Source of the DNA: Candidatus Aenigmatarchaeota archaeon
GTDB lineage: Archaea > Aenigmatarchaeota > Aenigmatarchaeia > Aenigmatarchaeales > Aenigmatarchaeaceae
Assembly: GCA_043814985.1 (NCBI GenBank)
Contig: JBDRJK010000011.1
Coordinates: 1 to 64,000 of the forward strand
DNA length: 64,000 nucleotides
Direction: 5' to 3'
Shown here: positions 30,791-40,693 of the stretch, in pieces
How positions within the stretch are numbered: the stretch's first letter is position 1
Layout of the letters: each line of letters begins with the position of its first letter
Made by a program: the position numbers and the translations under genes
Notes under the pieces: model-generated
Seen by the model: only the letters and a program-made list of their open reading frames with translations
The model's database searches: none
Told to the model about the DNA's origin: nothing

Positions 30791-31363
30791 ATGCCAAACA
30801 TTACGGAAAGTATACAAAAAGAAATGAAGAGCTTACCTACTAATTTTGTACTTATGGTATTAGTCGATTCTATTAATTATTCAAAGGTTAATTTAGGTAT
30901 ACTTGATTATATTATAAATAAAATGCAGGTAGGCGGAGTTTATATCTCTGTAAACAGGCCGGCTGACAGTATGATAAAAACCTTACAAGAAAAAAACATT
31001 AACACAAAAAAGATGTTTTTTATAGATTGTATATCCAAGACAGTCAGTGGAAAGATGGAGAGGAAAGAAAACATTTTATACGCAACCTCACCAGAGAACC
31101 TAACTGATATTGGTTTTGCAATATCACAAATAATAAAATCGACAAAATCACCAGATTATTTTTTATTTTTGGATTCAGTTTCGACTCTGTTGATATATAA
31201 TAGTGTAAGAAGCGTTGCCAAATTCAGCCATTTTTTAATAAATATAATAAGAATGAATAATTTAAAAGGGGTTGTAATGTCCGTAGAAAAGGAAACAGAT
31301 AAATTTGTTAGGAGAACGCTCTATGTTTTATCTGATAAAGTAATCAATTTTGGAGGCAAATAG
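30791..31363 (+). CDS. RecA/KaiC-fold protein lacking Walker A (DUF835/DUF7504-like)
   Basis: GVYIS.N.P, FFIDC, SPENLT, LFLDSVSTLLIYN. Confidence 0.75.
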   Translation: MPNITESIQKEMKSLPTNFVLMVLVDSINYSKVNLGILDYIINKMQVGGVYISVNRPADSMIKTLQEKNINTKKMFFIDCISKTVSGKMERKENILYATSPENLTDIGFAISQIIKSTKSPDYFLFLDSVSTLLIYNSVRSVAKFSHFLINIIRMNNLKGVVMSVEKETDKFVRRTLYVLSDKVINFGGK

Positions 31364-31364
31364 T

Positions 31365-31751
31365 ATGGCTCAAATCCCATTTTTATTAGGTGTAACTTCC
31401 TTGCTTATCATGATGGTAGCAGTAGTAATATTTACTATTTCTTATAGAAGACTCTCGAAAGGAGAGTTCAAAAAAATTTTAAAATGGCTGCTACTCGGAT
31501 TTTATTTCATGGTAATTCCTTATAGTTTATTTGTAAGTCGGGAAATAGGTTTATTAGAAGAATATCACGAAACTATAAGTTTGACTATATATTCTTTCAT
31601 GGTTATCACAGGTTTATGTATTCTTAAATCGTCATTTGTATTAAATAATTTTTCAAAAATTTTTGGGTTTGCTGATATAGGAGAAGAGTTCTCCAAAACA
31701 TTCACAGATAATAGCAAAAATACAAGTAAGAGAAAAGAGGAGGCTGGGTGA
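31365..31751 (+). CDS. three-TM membrane protein
   Basis: hydrophobic segments; GGAGG RBS. Confidence 0.7.
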   Translation: MAQIPFLLGVTSLLIMMVAVVIFTISYRRLSKGEFKKILKWLLLGFYFMVIPYSLFVSREIGLLEEYHETISLTIYSFMVITGLCILKSSFVLNNFSKIFGFADIGEEFSKTFTDNSKNTSKRKEEAG

Positions 31752-31752
31752 A

Positions 31753-32538
31753 ATGAAAAGAAATGAATTGATAGGAATTGGAGCGGCAATAGCCATGCCT
31801 CTTTTGATTTATGGAATTTCTAATTTACAAGGAATATACTTTACCTTTTCGTCTATAGTCCTGCATTTTATAATAGAACTTTTTAGCATTATTGTGGGAA
31901 TAGTAATATTTTACTTTGCAGTTCAAGGATTTAGAAAAACAGGAGACAGACAAATTCTCTTATTAGGTTCTGCATTCTTGCTGCTGGGATTGATTGATAT
32001 GTTTCATACATTTGCTTTCAAGAATATGCCCGCTATCATTGTTCCTACTGGGGCAGCATATGCCACTTACTATTGGATTTTAAGCAAAGTATTTGGAGTA
32101 GTTTTATTGTTTCTAAGCATTTTACTACCTAATGCTGTTGTCAATGAAAAATATAGAAAAAAACTAGTTTCGTGTGCTACAGTAAGCATAGTCATCTTTT
32201 CGCTTTTCATTGGCTGGTTTGTTGCAAATTATATTGAAATCTTACCTCCAGTTTTTATTGAAGGGGTAGGCCTAACTCCATTAAAGATATACTTGGAATA
32301 TTCTGTAATGCTTTTGCTTGCTGTAACTTCTTTAATCTGTTTAAGAATGTTCATGAAAACCGGCAACAAAGTGTTGTACTGGTTTATTCTCGGCTTCATT
32401 TTCTTTATAATGAGCGAACTAAGCTTTACATTCTACAAAGACGTATGGGATACTTACATATGGCTAGGGCATCTGTTCAAAGTTGCTTCTTACAGCCTCT
32501 TTCTAATGGGATTAGTCCGATTGGGTAAAAAATCTTAA
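31753..32538 (+). CDS. stand-alone MASE3 membrane sensor domain protein
   Basis: HFIIELFSI, DMFHTFAFKNMP, GLTPLKIYLEY, SELSFTFY, GHLFK. Confidence 0.85.
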   Translation: MKRNELIGIGAAIAMPLLIYGISNLQGIYFTFSSIVLHFIIELFSIIVGIVIFYFAVQGFRKTGDRQILLLGSAFLLLGLIDMFHTFAFKNMPAIIVPTGAAYATYYWILSKVFGVVLLFLSILLPNAVVNEKYRKKLVSCATVSIVIFSLFIGWFVANYIEILPPVFIEGVGLTPLKIYLEYSVMLLLAVTSLICLRMFMKTGNKVLYWFILGFIFFIMSELSFTFYKDVWDTYIWLGHLFKVASYSLFLMGLVRLGKKS

Positions 32539-32610
32539 TTACTTTTTCTCAGGCTCATTTCTCTTAAACCTAGCAAAAACTAACTAAATAGACAAGAGTT
32601 TAAGATAAGA

Positions 32611-32847
32611 CTATTTCTTCATGCCTTTCAAGATGAAAGTGAAGATTAACCATGCTAAAAACCCGTATATCACGCCGTTGAAGACTGCTGAGACCATGGT
32701 TGTCGTGGCTATTCCCAATATTGGTTCATCGACAGCAGGAATTCCTAGTATGTCGTATATCTGTCTTCCAACTGGAAAGTCTGGATATATCAACGTAAAT
32801 ACCAATAATACCACGAAGACAATCAAGAATAATGTTGCACCTCTCAT
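32611..32847 (-). CDS. small membrane protein
   Basis: two hydrophobic segments, FNGVIYG. Confidence 0.65.
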   Translation of the reverse strand: MRGATLFLIVFVVLLVFTLIYPDFPVGRQIYDILGIPAVDEPILGIATTTMVSAVFNGVIYGFLAWLIFTFILKGMKK

Positions 32848-32883
32848 AATTTTAACTTTCAAGAAGGTCGGTTAAATACTTAA

Positions 32884-33426
32884 CTATTTCTTGCTCGGCT
32901 TGCTTCTTCTCTCAAAGCCCCTTTGCAGGCTTCTGGATTTCTTTCCCGCAGATGTCAAGCCTCTGAAAGCTCTTCTCTTGGTGTTGCAAACCCAATTCAA
33001 TTTTTTATCATTCTTTATGCATGAATGTTCTGGATCTACCATAATGACCTCGAACCACTTGTGCTTGCCATCCTCGGCAACGTAGTAAGAATTCAATACT
33101 TCAAGGTTGGGGAACTTCCTGTTGGCCCTCATCTCTGATATGTGCTGCATATTCATCTTGGGGTTCATCTTAGTAAGACCAGAGTGAGCAGGCTTCCTAC
33201 CGCCAGAGGGCTTCTCCCTCTTCGAGGAACCCTTGCCAATCCTTATCCTTGTCATGACAAAGCCCTGCTTGGCCTTGTAGCCTAAGGCATGAGCCCTGTC
33301 CAGACGGGTGGGTTTGTCTATTCTTATTAGAACAGGTTCCTTTCTCCAAGAAATGAGCCTTTTCTTCATTACTTCTTTATGCTCTTCGCTTCTCCAAAAT
33401 AATTTCATGTACTTTTGATAACCCAC
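32884..33426 (-). CDS. rpl15e: 50S ribosomal protein L15e
   Basis: PTRLDRA, LGYKAKQG, NLEVLNSY, RGLTSAG. Confidence 0.97.
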   Translation of the reverse strand: MGYQKYMKLFWRSEEHKEVMKKRLISWRKEPVLIRIDKPTRLDRAHALGYKAKQGFVMTRIRIGKGSSKREKPSGGRKPAHSGLTKMNPKMNMQHISEMRANRKFPNLEVLNSYYVAEDGKHKWFEVIMVDPEHSCIKNDKKLNWVCNTKRRAFRGLTSAGKKSRSLQRGFERRSKPSKK

Positions 33427-33547
33427 TCACATCACCTTAAAGGTTTCAAGCTAATGAATATATAGATACCACGCAAGGGTTTTTATTCTTTATGGTTCTT
33501 AGAAAACTTTTTATATCTTGAATATTATAAAGAAATCAGGTGAATTA

Positions 33548-33763
33548 ATGGGTATAGGTAAAATATTGATTGGAATCGTACTGGTCGTAATCGGCTTGTG
33601 GGCAATTGTACCAATTTCCTGGAGCGGTTTGGGATTGTGGGAAGAACTGTACACAGTTGTCAAGGGCATTCTGCCAGCATTTGTAGTATTCATAGGAGCA
33701 GTGCTGGTCTGGATCGAGTCAGAAGAGCTGAAGGTTTCAAAGCCCAAGAGAAAAAGACGCTAG
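33548..33763 (+). CDS. small membrane protein
   Basis: two TM segments; GGTGA RBS. Confidence 0.7.
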   Translation: MGIGKILIGIVLVVIGLWAIVPISWSGLGLWEELYTVVKGILPAFVVFIGAVLVWIESEELKVSKPKRKRR

Positions 33764-34749
33764 ATTCTCAGGCTTTCTATTCTGTCTCTTTCAAGGGGGA
33801 AGACCTTTACAGGCTTTACTAATTTTTCTTTTCCATATTTTACAAGAGTTTCTTCTTTAGAATCAGAGTATCTGGCTGTCAGCTTGGCTGCCAAGTTTAT
33901 TGCCTTCTTTGTCTTCGGTCCTTTCAGAATCGTTATGGGGCTTCCCCAGTAGGGAGCTTCGAACATGTAGTCTGTTTTATTCTTCATTGCCTTTAGCATG
34001 TTGTTCTCAATCTCGTTCCTGCCGACAATTATCTTGTTCTTCCCATGTCTGAAGTGCCTTCCCAGTTTCAACAGTTCAATGTCCTCTGGTTTAATTGCTC
34101 TCTTGTGCTTGAATAAATCTCTGATTTTTGCTGCGAACTCGGTATTGCAGAGTATGCAGCCTCCTGCAGGGTTTGGGAAATCCTTCAGCTTGAACCTTCT
34201 TGCCAGATCAAACTGCGGCTCCCTCCTTCTCCCGCTTATATCCAAAAGCTTGCTTCTGTCAACCCACTTCTTCTTTTCAGCCTCTGTTTCAGGCAACAGC
34301 TTTGCTGACAAAGGTCTTAGCAGCTTCCCCTTTAATCCTGCTTTTGTCTCGATCAATTCCATGGCGCTTCTGTTCTGGCTCATCGGCCTTTCACCGACAA
34401 CCTCTCCTGTGAAAATGAACTTGGCTTTTATTTTTTTGGCATAAACTTTTGCCTTTTTCAGCATGAATATCCTGCAATCGATGCAAGGGTTCATGCCGAC
34501 TCCGTGACCGTGCTTTGGTTTTTTTACTAATCTAATATATTCCTGGAATTCTTTGCCCTTTGTCACATCAACAATATGCAAAGGAGTTTCTTCGACTTGT
34601 GTGAACTTGAAAGCGCAGTCAGATAGACAGCATCCCTTGAAGGGGAGCTTGAAGTGCAATGCTTCTACTCTTATTCCCTGCTCTTGTATTAGTTTTATTG
34701 CCAGTCTGCTGTCCAAACCGCCGGATAACAGTCCCAGTGCCTTTACCAT
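33760..34749 (-). CDS. PP-loop tRNA thiolation enzyme (ThiI/MnmA-like)
   Basis: LSGGLDS, NPCIDCR, TGEVVGERPMSQ, PAGGC, GRHFR. Confidence 0.85.
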   Translation of the reverse strand: MVKALGLLSGGLDSRLAIKLIQEQGIRVEALHFKLPFKGCCLSDCAFKFTQVEETPLHIVDVTKGKEFQEYIRLVKKPKHGHGVGMNPCIDCRIFMLKKAKVYAKKIKAKFIFTGEVVGERPMSQNRSAMELIETKAGLKGKLLRPLSAKLLPETEAEKKKWVDRSKLLDISGRRREPQFDLARRFKLKDFPNPAGGCILCNTEFAAKIRDLFKHKRAIKPEDIELLKLGRHFRHGKNKIIVGRNEIENNMLKAMKNKTDYMFEAPYWGSPITILKGPKTKKAINLAAKLTARYSDSKEETLVKYGKEKLVKPVKVFPLERDRIESLRI

Positions 34750-34819
34750 AATAGAAATCATTATAGAGAATTTAAAAACAATGCACAAGTTTAAATTTTT
34801 TTCTCCCTGAAATGTTATT

Positions 34820-35260
34820 ATGACAGACTCCGGAACACACATAAGATTAAGAGCGCATCATGTTGACACACTTTCTTATTTAGACGGTATATGGTCAAGG
34901 AATTTTCTTGGGATAGAATATGGCAAAAAATTTGTGGAGAACATGGAAGCATTGAAGAATAGAATTACGCCTGACACTTATATTGAAATCGTCTCAGGCT
35001 TGGATGACATGTGCATTAATTTTGGGTGCCCTCGTGTTGAGTATTGCAGGGCAGGTGATTATGAAGCTTGGCGCAGGGATGTTATCAAGAGAATAGAGGA
35101 ATCTGATTTAATACCTGTATTTAAAGAAGTCCTCAAAAAGAACGTGATTAAGAGCGAAAGCCCTGAGGCGCTTGATGCAGAAGCTATTGAAAGATACTAT
35201 CTTAAAAATATTATTGATAGAGGCCCGATTCTCAAGTTTGAGAGCATTAAGAGATTTTGA
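34820..35260 (+). CDS. DUF1284-like putative metal-binding protein
   Basis: LRAHH, YGKKF..N, DDMC...CP. Confidence 0.65.
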   Translation: MTDSGTHIRLRAHHVDTLSYLDGIWSRNFLGIEYGKKFVENMEALKNRITPDTYIEIVSGLDDMCINFGCPRVEYCRAGDYEAWRRDVIKRIEESDLIPVFKEVLKKNVIKSESPEALDAEAIERYYLKNIIDRGPILKFESIKRF

Positions 35261-35295
35261 AAAATATTTAAGCCGGCTTTATCAAGCTATTATAT

Positions 35296-35772
35296 ATGAG
35301 GGAATCCCTGAAAACAGGATTTAATTTTGGCCTAACTTCAGGAATAATTACAACCCTTGGTCTTATGGTAGGATTGCATTCTGGGACGCACTCGACGCTT
35401 GCTGTTATCGGAGGCATTTTGACAATAGCAATAGCAGACGCTTTCTCTGATTCATTAGGTATTCATGTCTGCGAGGAGTCAGAGAACAAGCACACGACAA
35501 AGGAAATATGGGAAGCTACAATCTCCACATTCTTGACCAAGTTCTTTTTCGCATTGACCTTTTTTATCCCGGTTTTTTTGTTTGAGCTTGATACAGCAAT
35601 TATAGTAAGCATTGCATGGGGATTGTCAATGATAAGCGTTCTCAGTTTTAACATGGCTAGAAAGGAAAAGGAACCTTATTGGAAAGTTATAGGAGAGCAT
35701 ATTGCTATTGCACTTGTAGTTATAACCATAACTCATTTTGTCGGGGACTGGATAGCAGTTACGTTTGTTTAG
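35296..35772 (+). CDS. VIT1/CCC1-like membrane protein
   Basis: FGLTSGIITTLG, IADAFSDSLGIH..EE. Confidence 0.8.
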   Translation: MRESLKTGFNFGLTSGIITTLGLMVGLHSGTHSTLAVIGGILTIAIADAFSDSLGIHVCEESENKHTTKEIWEATISTFLTKFFFALTFFIPVFLFELDTAIIVSIAWGLSMISVLSFNMARKEKEPYWKVIGEHIAIALVVITITHFVGDWIAVTFV

Positions 35773-35779
35773 AATTAAG

Positions 35780-35796
35780 TCCTGCCCTCCGCATTA
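35780..35796 (+). repeat. 17-bp direct repeat copy 1 (TCCTGCCCTCCGCATTA), tRNA-Leu 3'-end-like
   Basis: exact match at 36297-36313. Confidence 0.8.
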
Positions 35797-35861
35797 CGCT
35801 TGCCCTACAAAGAGTATGGGTTATTTTAAATCTTCTGACTTGCAAATAAATCTGTGTTTAA

Positions 35862-36266
35862 ATGATAGGACAAATACCAAAAGATGTTTTGGAATCATTA
35901 TTAGAGACTATTCCTGTAGAGTTTTCTATTCTTGATGAGAATGACAAAGTATTGGCTTGGAACAAGCATGACACAAGAATTTTCAAAAGACCTGAAGGTG
36001 TTATTGGAAGGGACGTCAGGAACTGCCATCCAAAAAAGAGCCTTGAAAAAGTAGAAAAAATAATACAAGAAATGAAAGATGGCAAAAGGGATGTGGTAGA
36101 ATTCTACATAGACTTACCTATCGGTGAAAGCAAGGATAAGCATAAGATTTTAATCAGATATTTTGCTCTGCGTGACAAGAAAAATAAATATCTGGGTTGT
36201 CTTGAGGTTACTCAAGACATTACACATATCCAAAAGTTAAAGGGCGAAAAGAGACTACTTGATTGA
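35862..36266 (+). CDS. stand-alone PAS domain protein (PAS_10/DUF438-associated type)
   Basis: RIFKRP..VIGRDVRNCHP, YLGCLEVTQDIT. Confidence 0.9.
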   Translation: MIGQIPKDVLESLLETIPVEFSILDENDKVLAWNKHDTRIFKRPEGVIGRDVRNCHPKKSLEKVEKIIQEMKDGKRDVVEFYIDLPIGESKDKHKILIRYFALRDKKNKYLGCLEVTQDITHIQKLKGEKRLLD

Positions 36267-36296
36267 AGCTGGTAAAAAGTGGAATGATAGTAGCGT

Positions 36297-36313
36297 TCCT
36301 GCCCTCCGCATTA
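36297..36313 (+). repeat. 17-bp direct repeat copy 2
   Basis: exact match at 35780-35796. Confidence 0.8.
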
Positions 36314-36464
36314 ATCAATAAATAATTCCAGCAACAATTCTCTCTATGGAACTTTCTTCTAATGCTTCGCTTTGCGCTAAGTGTAAAGGACGAATATAAT
36401 TTAATTTTCATTAAGTTATTTTCACATAAGGTGGTTAATAATCAATAAATATTCCACCAACAAT
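36312..36464 (+). promoter_or_regulatory. duplicated promoter-like element (36312-36338 and 36439-36464)
   Basis: TAATCAATAAATAATTCCAGCAACAAT vs TAATCAATAAAT-ATTCCACCAACAAT, each 7-8 nt before an ATG. Confidence 0.7.
36346..36399 (+). pseudogene. displaced 5' fragment of nreA (MELSSNASLCAKCKGRI*)
   Basis: LCxxCKG matches the Nre N-terminus (MNLCVRCKG); shared TGTAAAGG. Confidence 0.7.
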
Positions 36465-36472
36465 ATTTAGTT

Positions 36473-37708
36473 ATGGATAATGGAATAGTTGATTTCTGGT
36501 CTTTACCCCATGACAAAATTTATTTAAATTTAGAAAATGAATTAAAGGAAAAAATTTTCAATTCTTCAAAAGAATATGCTGGGAGCTGGAGCAAATTAGG
36601 AAAATGTCTTGGCCTTTCCCTAAACAAATATGGAAGCTGTAAAATTATAGAAAGTGCTAGATGTAAAAAATTTAGTTTATTTTTACTTGATAAAATTATA
36701 GATTATTTGAATTCTAATGGCGAGAAAATAGATAAGAAGAATATAGAAAAGAAAATAACAGTACTTTCCTCTAAAAGAGGAGGTTCAAACAAGTTAGCCA
36801 ACAGTATTTTCAATCCAAAGATACCCTTTAATTTTAATACTGTTGACGGTGCTACTGTCCTTTCTTCCATTTTTTATGATGGTGGAATTAACAGCAACCT
36901 ATTGCCTCATTATAGTAATCCAGACAATGTAGAACTGAGGAAAAGTGTGTTCGATTCTTTCACAAATGTTTTTGGCACATTCAAATCTAAAAAAAGCAAC
37001 CCCTTAGAAAATCCTCAGCTATACTTCCCAAAAATAGTCGGAGTAATTCTTGTTTATGGTTTAGGATTATCTTATGGAAGAAAAGTTGTAAATAATCCAT
37101 CCATACCAGAATTCTTATTTGAATCCTCTGAAGAAATAAAATCATCATTTCTTCGACAAGCCTTTGATGATGAAGGCTCTGTCCACAAGACTAAAAGAAA
37201 TATAAGTTTCAAATTGGCCTCTTCTTCTGAAAGACCTGCTAAACTTCTTACCGGTGTAAAATGTCTGTTAGAGAGTCTAAACATAGAGAGCAATGGTCCT
37301 CATTATGTTGATACATACAATACTAAGAACGGCATTACAGCTTCCAGATGGAGAATATCTGTAACACATCAAGATAATTTAAAAAAGTTTTATGAAAAAA
37401 TTGGTTTTCATTCATCCTATAAGAAAAATAGACTTAAGAATATTATTCATACATTAAAATACCCTCATTATTCTGTTAAAAATAGAAACAAAATTATTAT
37501 AAAATCTTGCAGTGAACTTCAAAAAAGATACGGTTTTATAACTAGCAGAGAACTTGCAATACAAATCGACAGAAGTCGGGTCTTAGCTAAAAAGGTTATT
37601 CGAAAATTAGTAGATAGGAAAGTTCTCTTAGTTAAAGAATGCCGCCATGGAAATATGGGAGCTAAATATGTTTTAAGTGATAATTATGAATCTTTGTGTA
37701 AGATGTAA
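36473..37708 (+). mobile_element. free-standing double-motif LAGLIDADG endonuclease with C-terminal winged helix
   Basis: motifs SSIFYDGG and FLRQAFDDEGSV, FYEKIGF; no intein splice residues; AT-rich. Confidence 0.85.
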
Positions 37709-38900
37709 AGGTACTAGGATTTTATGTGGAAAAAGTAGTTGTCCATTGTTGATAAAGTTCTATAGTTATATGAGAACTAAACCACTTATTGATTCGACTA
37801 CTCTCAATGGTTCATCGCCACCAGCTTGCTTTGTAGGTTCTTATGGATATCCCAAGGTTTTCGTGGGGCCCTTGGTGCCGCCGAAACACGGTGACACCAG
37901 CTTCATGGACACGCCTGAGATGTGGAGGGGCAAGACAATGTGGGACATAGTCGACTTCAGGTTCCAGCTGGTGAGGGGCAAGTTCGTGACTGATGTCAAG
38001 AACTTTGAGGGAAAGATAATCGAGCGGACTAGGGAGATTGCCCTGGCTCAGGAGTCTCCCAGTGCTGAGGTTGAGTTCAAGAACAAACCAAGAGGATTAT
38101 CCTTTAACAGTGAGACACAGCCCTTTGGTCCGTCGGCAAATGTCATTGGCCTTAATATTGAAAACAAGGGCTACAACAAGAAAATAGAAAAAGCGTTCTA
38201 CGACACTGACCTGAAGGCTGTGCCTGCTGTTGTTGATCTTTACAAGAACGGCGTGCTGATTTCAAAAATACAGAAGGCTTTTTCTGTGGGTGCGTTTGGA
38301 ATCGGAAAGAGCAGGAGATTCGTTCCAACGCGCTGGAGCATAACAGCTGTTGATGACATGATTTCAAAACATCTCATAGAGCAGGTAAAAACATTCCCGC
38401 TGATAAACGAGTATCTGGTTTACGAGCACGCTGCTTTGGACAACCGCTGGTTTGTTTTAATGATACCACACGAATGGAGTTACGAGCAGATGGAAGCGTG
38501 GTATCCCAAGACATTGTGGAACCCGTCTGATGCAATTGACATATCAACAGCATGGGAAGGTTTCAACGGACTAAAGGGCTATCCGGATACAGCTGGCTGC
38601 TACTTTTCCACGAGGCTGGCTGCCACCGAGTACCTTGCCAATGAAAGGAGGCAGGCTGCTGTAATAGTATTCAGGGAAATCCATCCAGGTTACACTGTTC
38701 CTGTGGGTGTCTGGCACACCCGAGAGAGCATAAGGGATGCTGTCAAGAAAACTCCTGTTAGATTCAGCTCAATGAGTGGCGCCTTGGACTATCTGTCAAA
38801 GAAGATGACCATACCTGTTAAGAGGTGGGTTGAAAAATCCAGTCTTCTTAGGAACCTGATGCGACAGAGAAAGCTGTCAGACTTCATCAAGCCTTTCTAA
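37686..38900 (+). CDS. nreA: Nre DNA repair protein
   Basis: CxxCKG...LCG...CP, GSSPP.FVG..GYPKV, VPTRWSITAVD, C-terminal PIP box QRKLSDF. Confidence 0.93.
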   Translation: MNLCVRCKGTRILCGKSSCPLLIKFYSYMRTKPLIDSTTLNGSSPPACFVGSYGYPKVFVGPLVPPKHGDTSFMDTPEMWRGKTMWDIVDFRFQLVRGKFVTDVKNFEGKIIERTREIALAQESPSAEVEFKNKPRGLSFNSETQPFGPSANVIGLNIENKGYNKKIEKAFYDTDLKAVPAVVDLYKNGVLISKIQKAFSVGAFGIGKSRRFVPTRWSITAVDDMISKHLIEQVKTFPLINEYLVYEHAALDNRWFVLMIPHEWSYEQMEAWYPKTLWNPSDAIDISTAWEGFNGLKGYPDTAGCYFSTRLAATEYLANERRQAAVIVFREIHPGYTVPVGVWHTRESIRDAVKKTPVRFSSMSGALDYLSKKMTIPVKRWVEKSSLLRNLMRQRKLSDFIKPF

Positions 38901-38926
38901 GATAATTTAAAGTAAGGGCTGTGCTA

Positions 38927-39571
38927 CTAGATGCCCAATAACATTGCAAGGGATTCAGAATCATGTCTCACGAAAGTTGCTCTGGGCCATTTTTTCTTTT
39001 GCTCTTTCTTGATTCTGTTTAGAGTACTGTTGTCAAACGACCTATAATCATCTGTTGCTATATTACAACCGAGTTCCACTGAAGCTACTGCCACTGAGAA
39101 ATCTCCATTCTCTTTCAGAATTTCTGAAATAACAGGATATTTTTTTCGATAATATTCGGTTGGCATGAAGGCATTGCATACATTTTCTTTATTTTTTCTT
39201 AACCATTGTTTTATGTTTTCAGTCCCAGCCTTTTTTTCAAAGTTTCTGAGTTCTGCATAAACGTTATTTGTTATTACAGGGCAAATACCAGCATCAATGA
39301 GAAGTCCTTCTTCAATAGCATCAACTATTTTCATTCCCCTTTTATGATAAATAATGCTCTTTTTCATCAGAAATCCTCTTTTTTTCCCGTATGCGTGTTG
39401 TTGGCATTTTAAAAATTCATTTATATTCCTGCTTTCTTTTGGAATTACTGACGATATTAAAATATTCGTGTCAAAGACACTAATGTTTTCCCTTGGAATA
39501 TTTACAAATTTCTCGAAATTAATTTCATCCATGTATATGGATTTTGGATTTAATTTTTCCAGTGTCTCCAT
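38927..39571 (-). CDS. PIN-domain protein
   Basis: VFDTNIL, VYAEL, GDFS, ATDD acidic motifs. Confidence 0.7.
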   Translation of the reverse strand: METLEKLNPKSIYMDEINFEKFVNIPRENISVFDTNILISSVIPKESRNINEFLKCQQHAYGKKRGFLMKKSIIYHKRGMKIVDAIEEGLLIDAGICPVITNNVYAELRNFEKKAGTENIKQWLRKNKENVCNAFMPTEYYRKKYPVISEILKENGDFSVAVASVELGCNIATDDYRSFDNSTLNRIKKEQKKKWPRATFVRHDSESLAMLLGI

Positions 39572-39695
39572 AAGCAAAAAATGTGTATAAAGCTTTAAAA
39601 GTCTTTAATTGGACTTCTTGAAAGCTGTCAGACTCCATCAAGCCCTTCTGAATAAACTTAAAGTACGGGCTGTGCTATTAATAATAGGTGAAAAA

Positions 39696-40370
39696 ATGAA
39701 AACAATAGTCGTTTTGGCAAGTTTGATTCTAATAGTAAGCTTTGCAGTTACAGCATTCGCAGCACAGGAGCAAATAGGTGTTGGAACAACAGCAACAGCA
39801 GTGAAGACAGCAGCAACACCAGCTGCAATACCAGTTAATCAGAAGAACCAGTTCAAACAAACACTGAGAAATTACTTCAAACCAGTTAATCACGGCTACG
39901 GCATAGGCTTTACAGAAGAGACCTATATAACAGCGAAGTGGCACATCACCAATGTCAAGATTTTGCCAAGGGTCAATGTCAATACAATGATAAGGGAAGT
40001 TAAGCAAGGAAACAACACTGACTGGGATGCTTTGAGAACTAGGATAAGAGAAGCATTGAATGCAGGAACCACTACTGTGAAAAAAGGCAGGATAAGAATA
40101 GAGGGAAGGGATTATGCCTTGACCAATATAGTTGTTTCTAGCGAATCAATAACAGCAGACATAAACCAGGTACCGAACTATTCGGCATGCAAGAATGATG
40201 ACTTATCTGCAGAGGATTGTGAAACCAGTTCTGAGAAAGTAGGTGATATCTCAATGACAAAGAAGACCAAGGCAAGCCAGGAAGTGGCAGGCCGTGAGAA
40301 AGTATGGGCTGGAACTTTGACTCTCAATGGCATAGGGTACACATTCGTTACCTTCGTATATCCAAAGTGA
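39696..40370 (+). CDS. secreted hypothetical protein
   Basis: signal peptide; GGTGA RBS. Confidence 0.75.
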   Translation: MKTIVVLASLILIVSFAVTAFAAQEQIGVGTTATAVKTAATPAAIPVNQKNQFKQTLRNYFKPVNHGYGIGFTEETYITAKWHITNVKILPRVNVNTMIREVKQGNNTDWDALRTRIREALNAGTTTVKKGRIRIEGRDYALTNIVVSSESITADINQVPNYSACKNDDLSAEDCETSSEKVGDISMTKKTKASQEVAGREKVWAGTLTLNGIGYTFVTFVYPK

Positions 40371-40374
40371 TTGA

Positions 40375-40656
40375 ATGAACAAATTGATTATAGCTGTGGT
40401 TATAGTGATAATAGCAGCTGTGGCAATAATGATGCTGCCTCCAGCTAAACAGGAAACAGGAACATCAGACACAGTTACAATTCAGGAAGGGGCAACAGCA
40501 GAACAGACAACAGTGGACGAGTCATACCTTCTAGAGGATTTGTACATCAGCATGCTAGAAGAGGAAATGGATGCCCTGGATATGGAACAGACAGACTACA
40601 ACAGCGAGATGGAAGAACAACTAGCTTCTGATATGAGCCAATTCTATTACGAATGA
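40375..40656 (+). CDS. membrane-anchored acidic protein
   Basis: N-terminal TM, D/E-rich remainder. Confidence 0.7.
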   Translation: MNKLIIAVVIVIIAAVAIMMLPPAKQETGTSDTVTIQEGATAEQTTVDESYLLEDLYISMLEEEMDALDMEQTDYNSEMEEQLASDMSQFYYE

Positions 40657-40693
40657 TTTTCTTTTTCTTTTGTTTTAATTTATTTAGAATTAG

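Noticed and set aside
36473..37708. LAGLIDADG ORF as an intein
   Set aside because: It has its own start and stop in a different frame from nreA and lacks Cys/Ser-start and His-Asn-end splice motifs.
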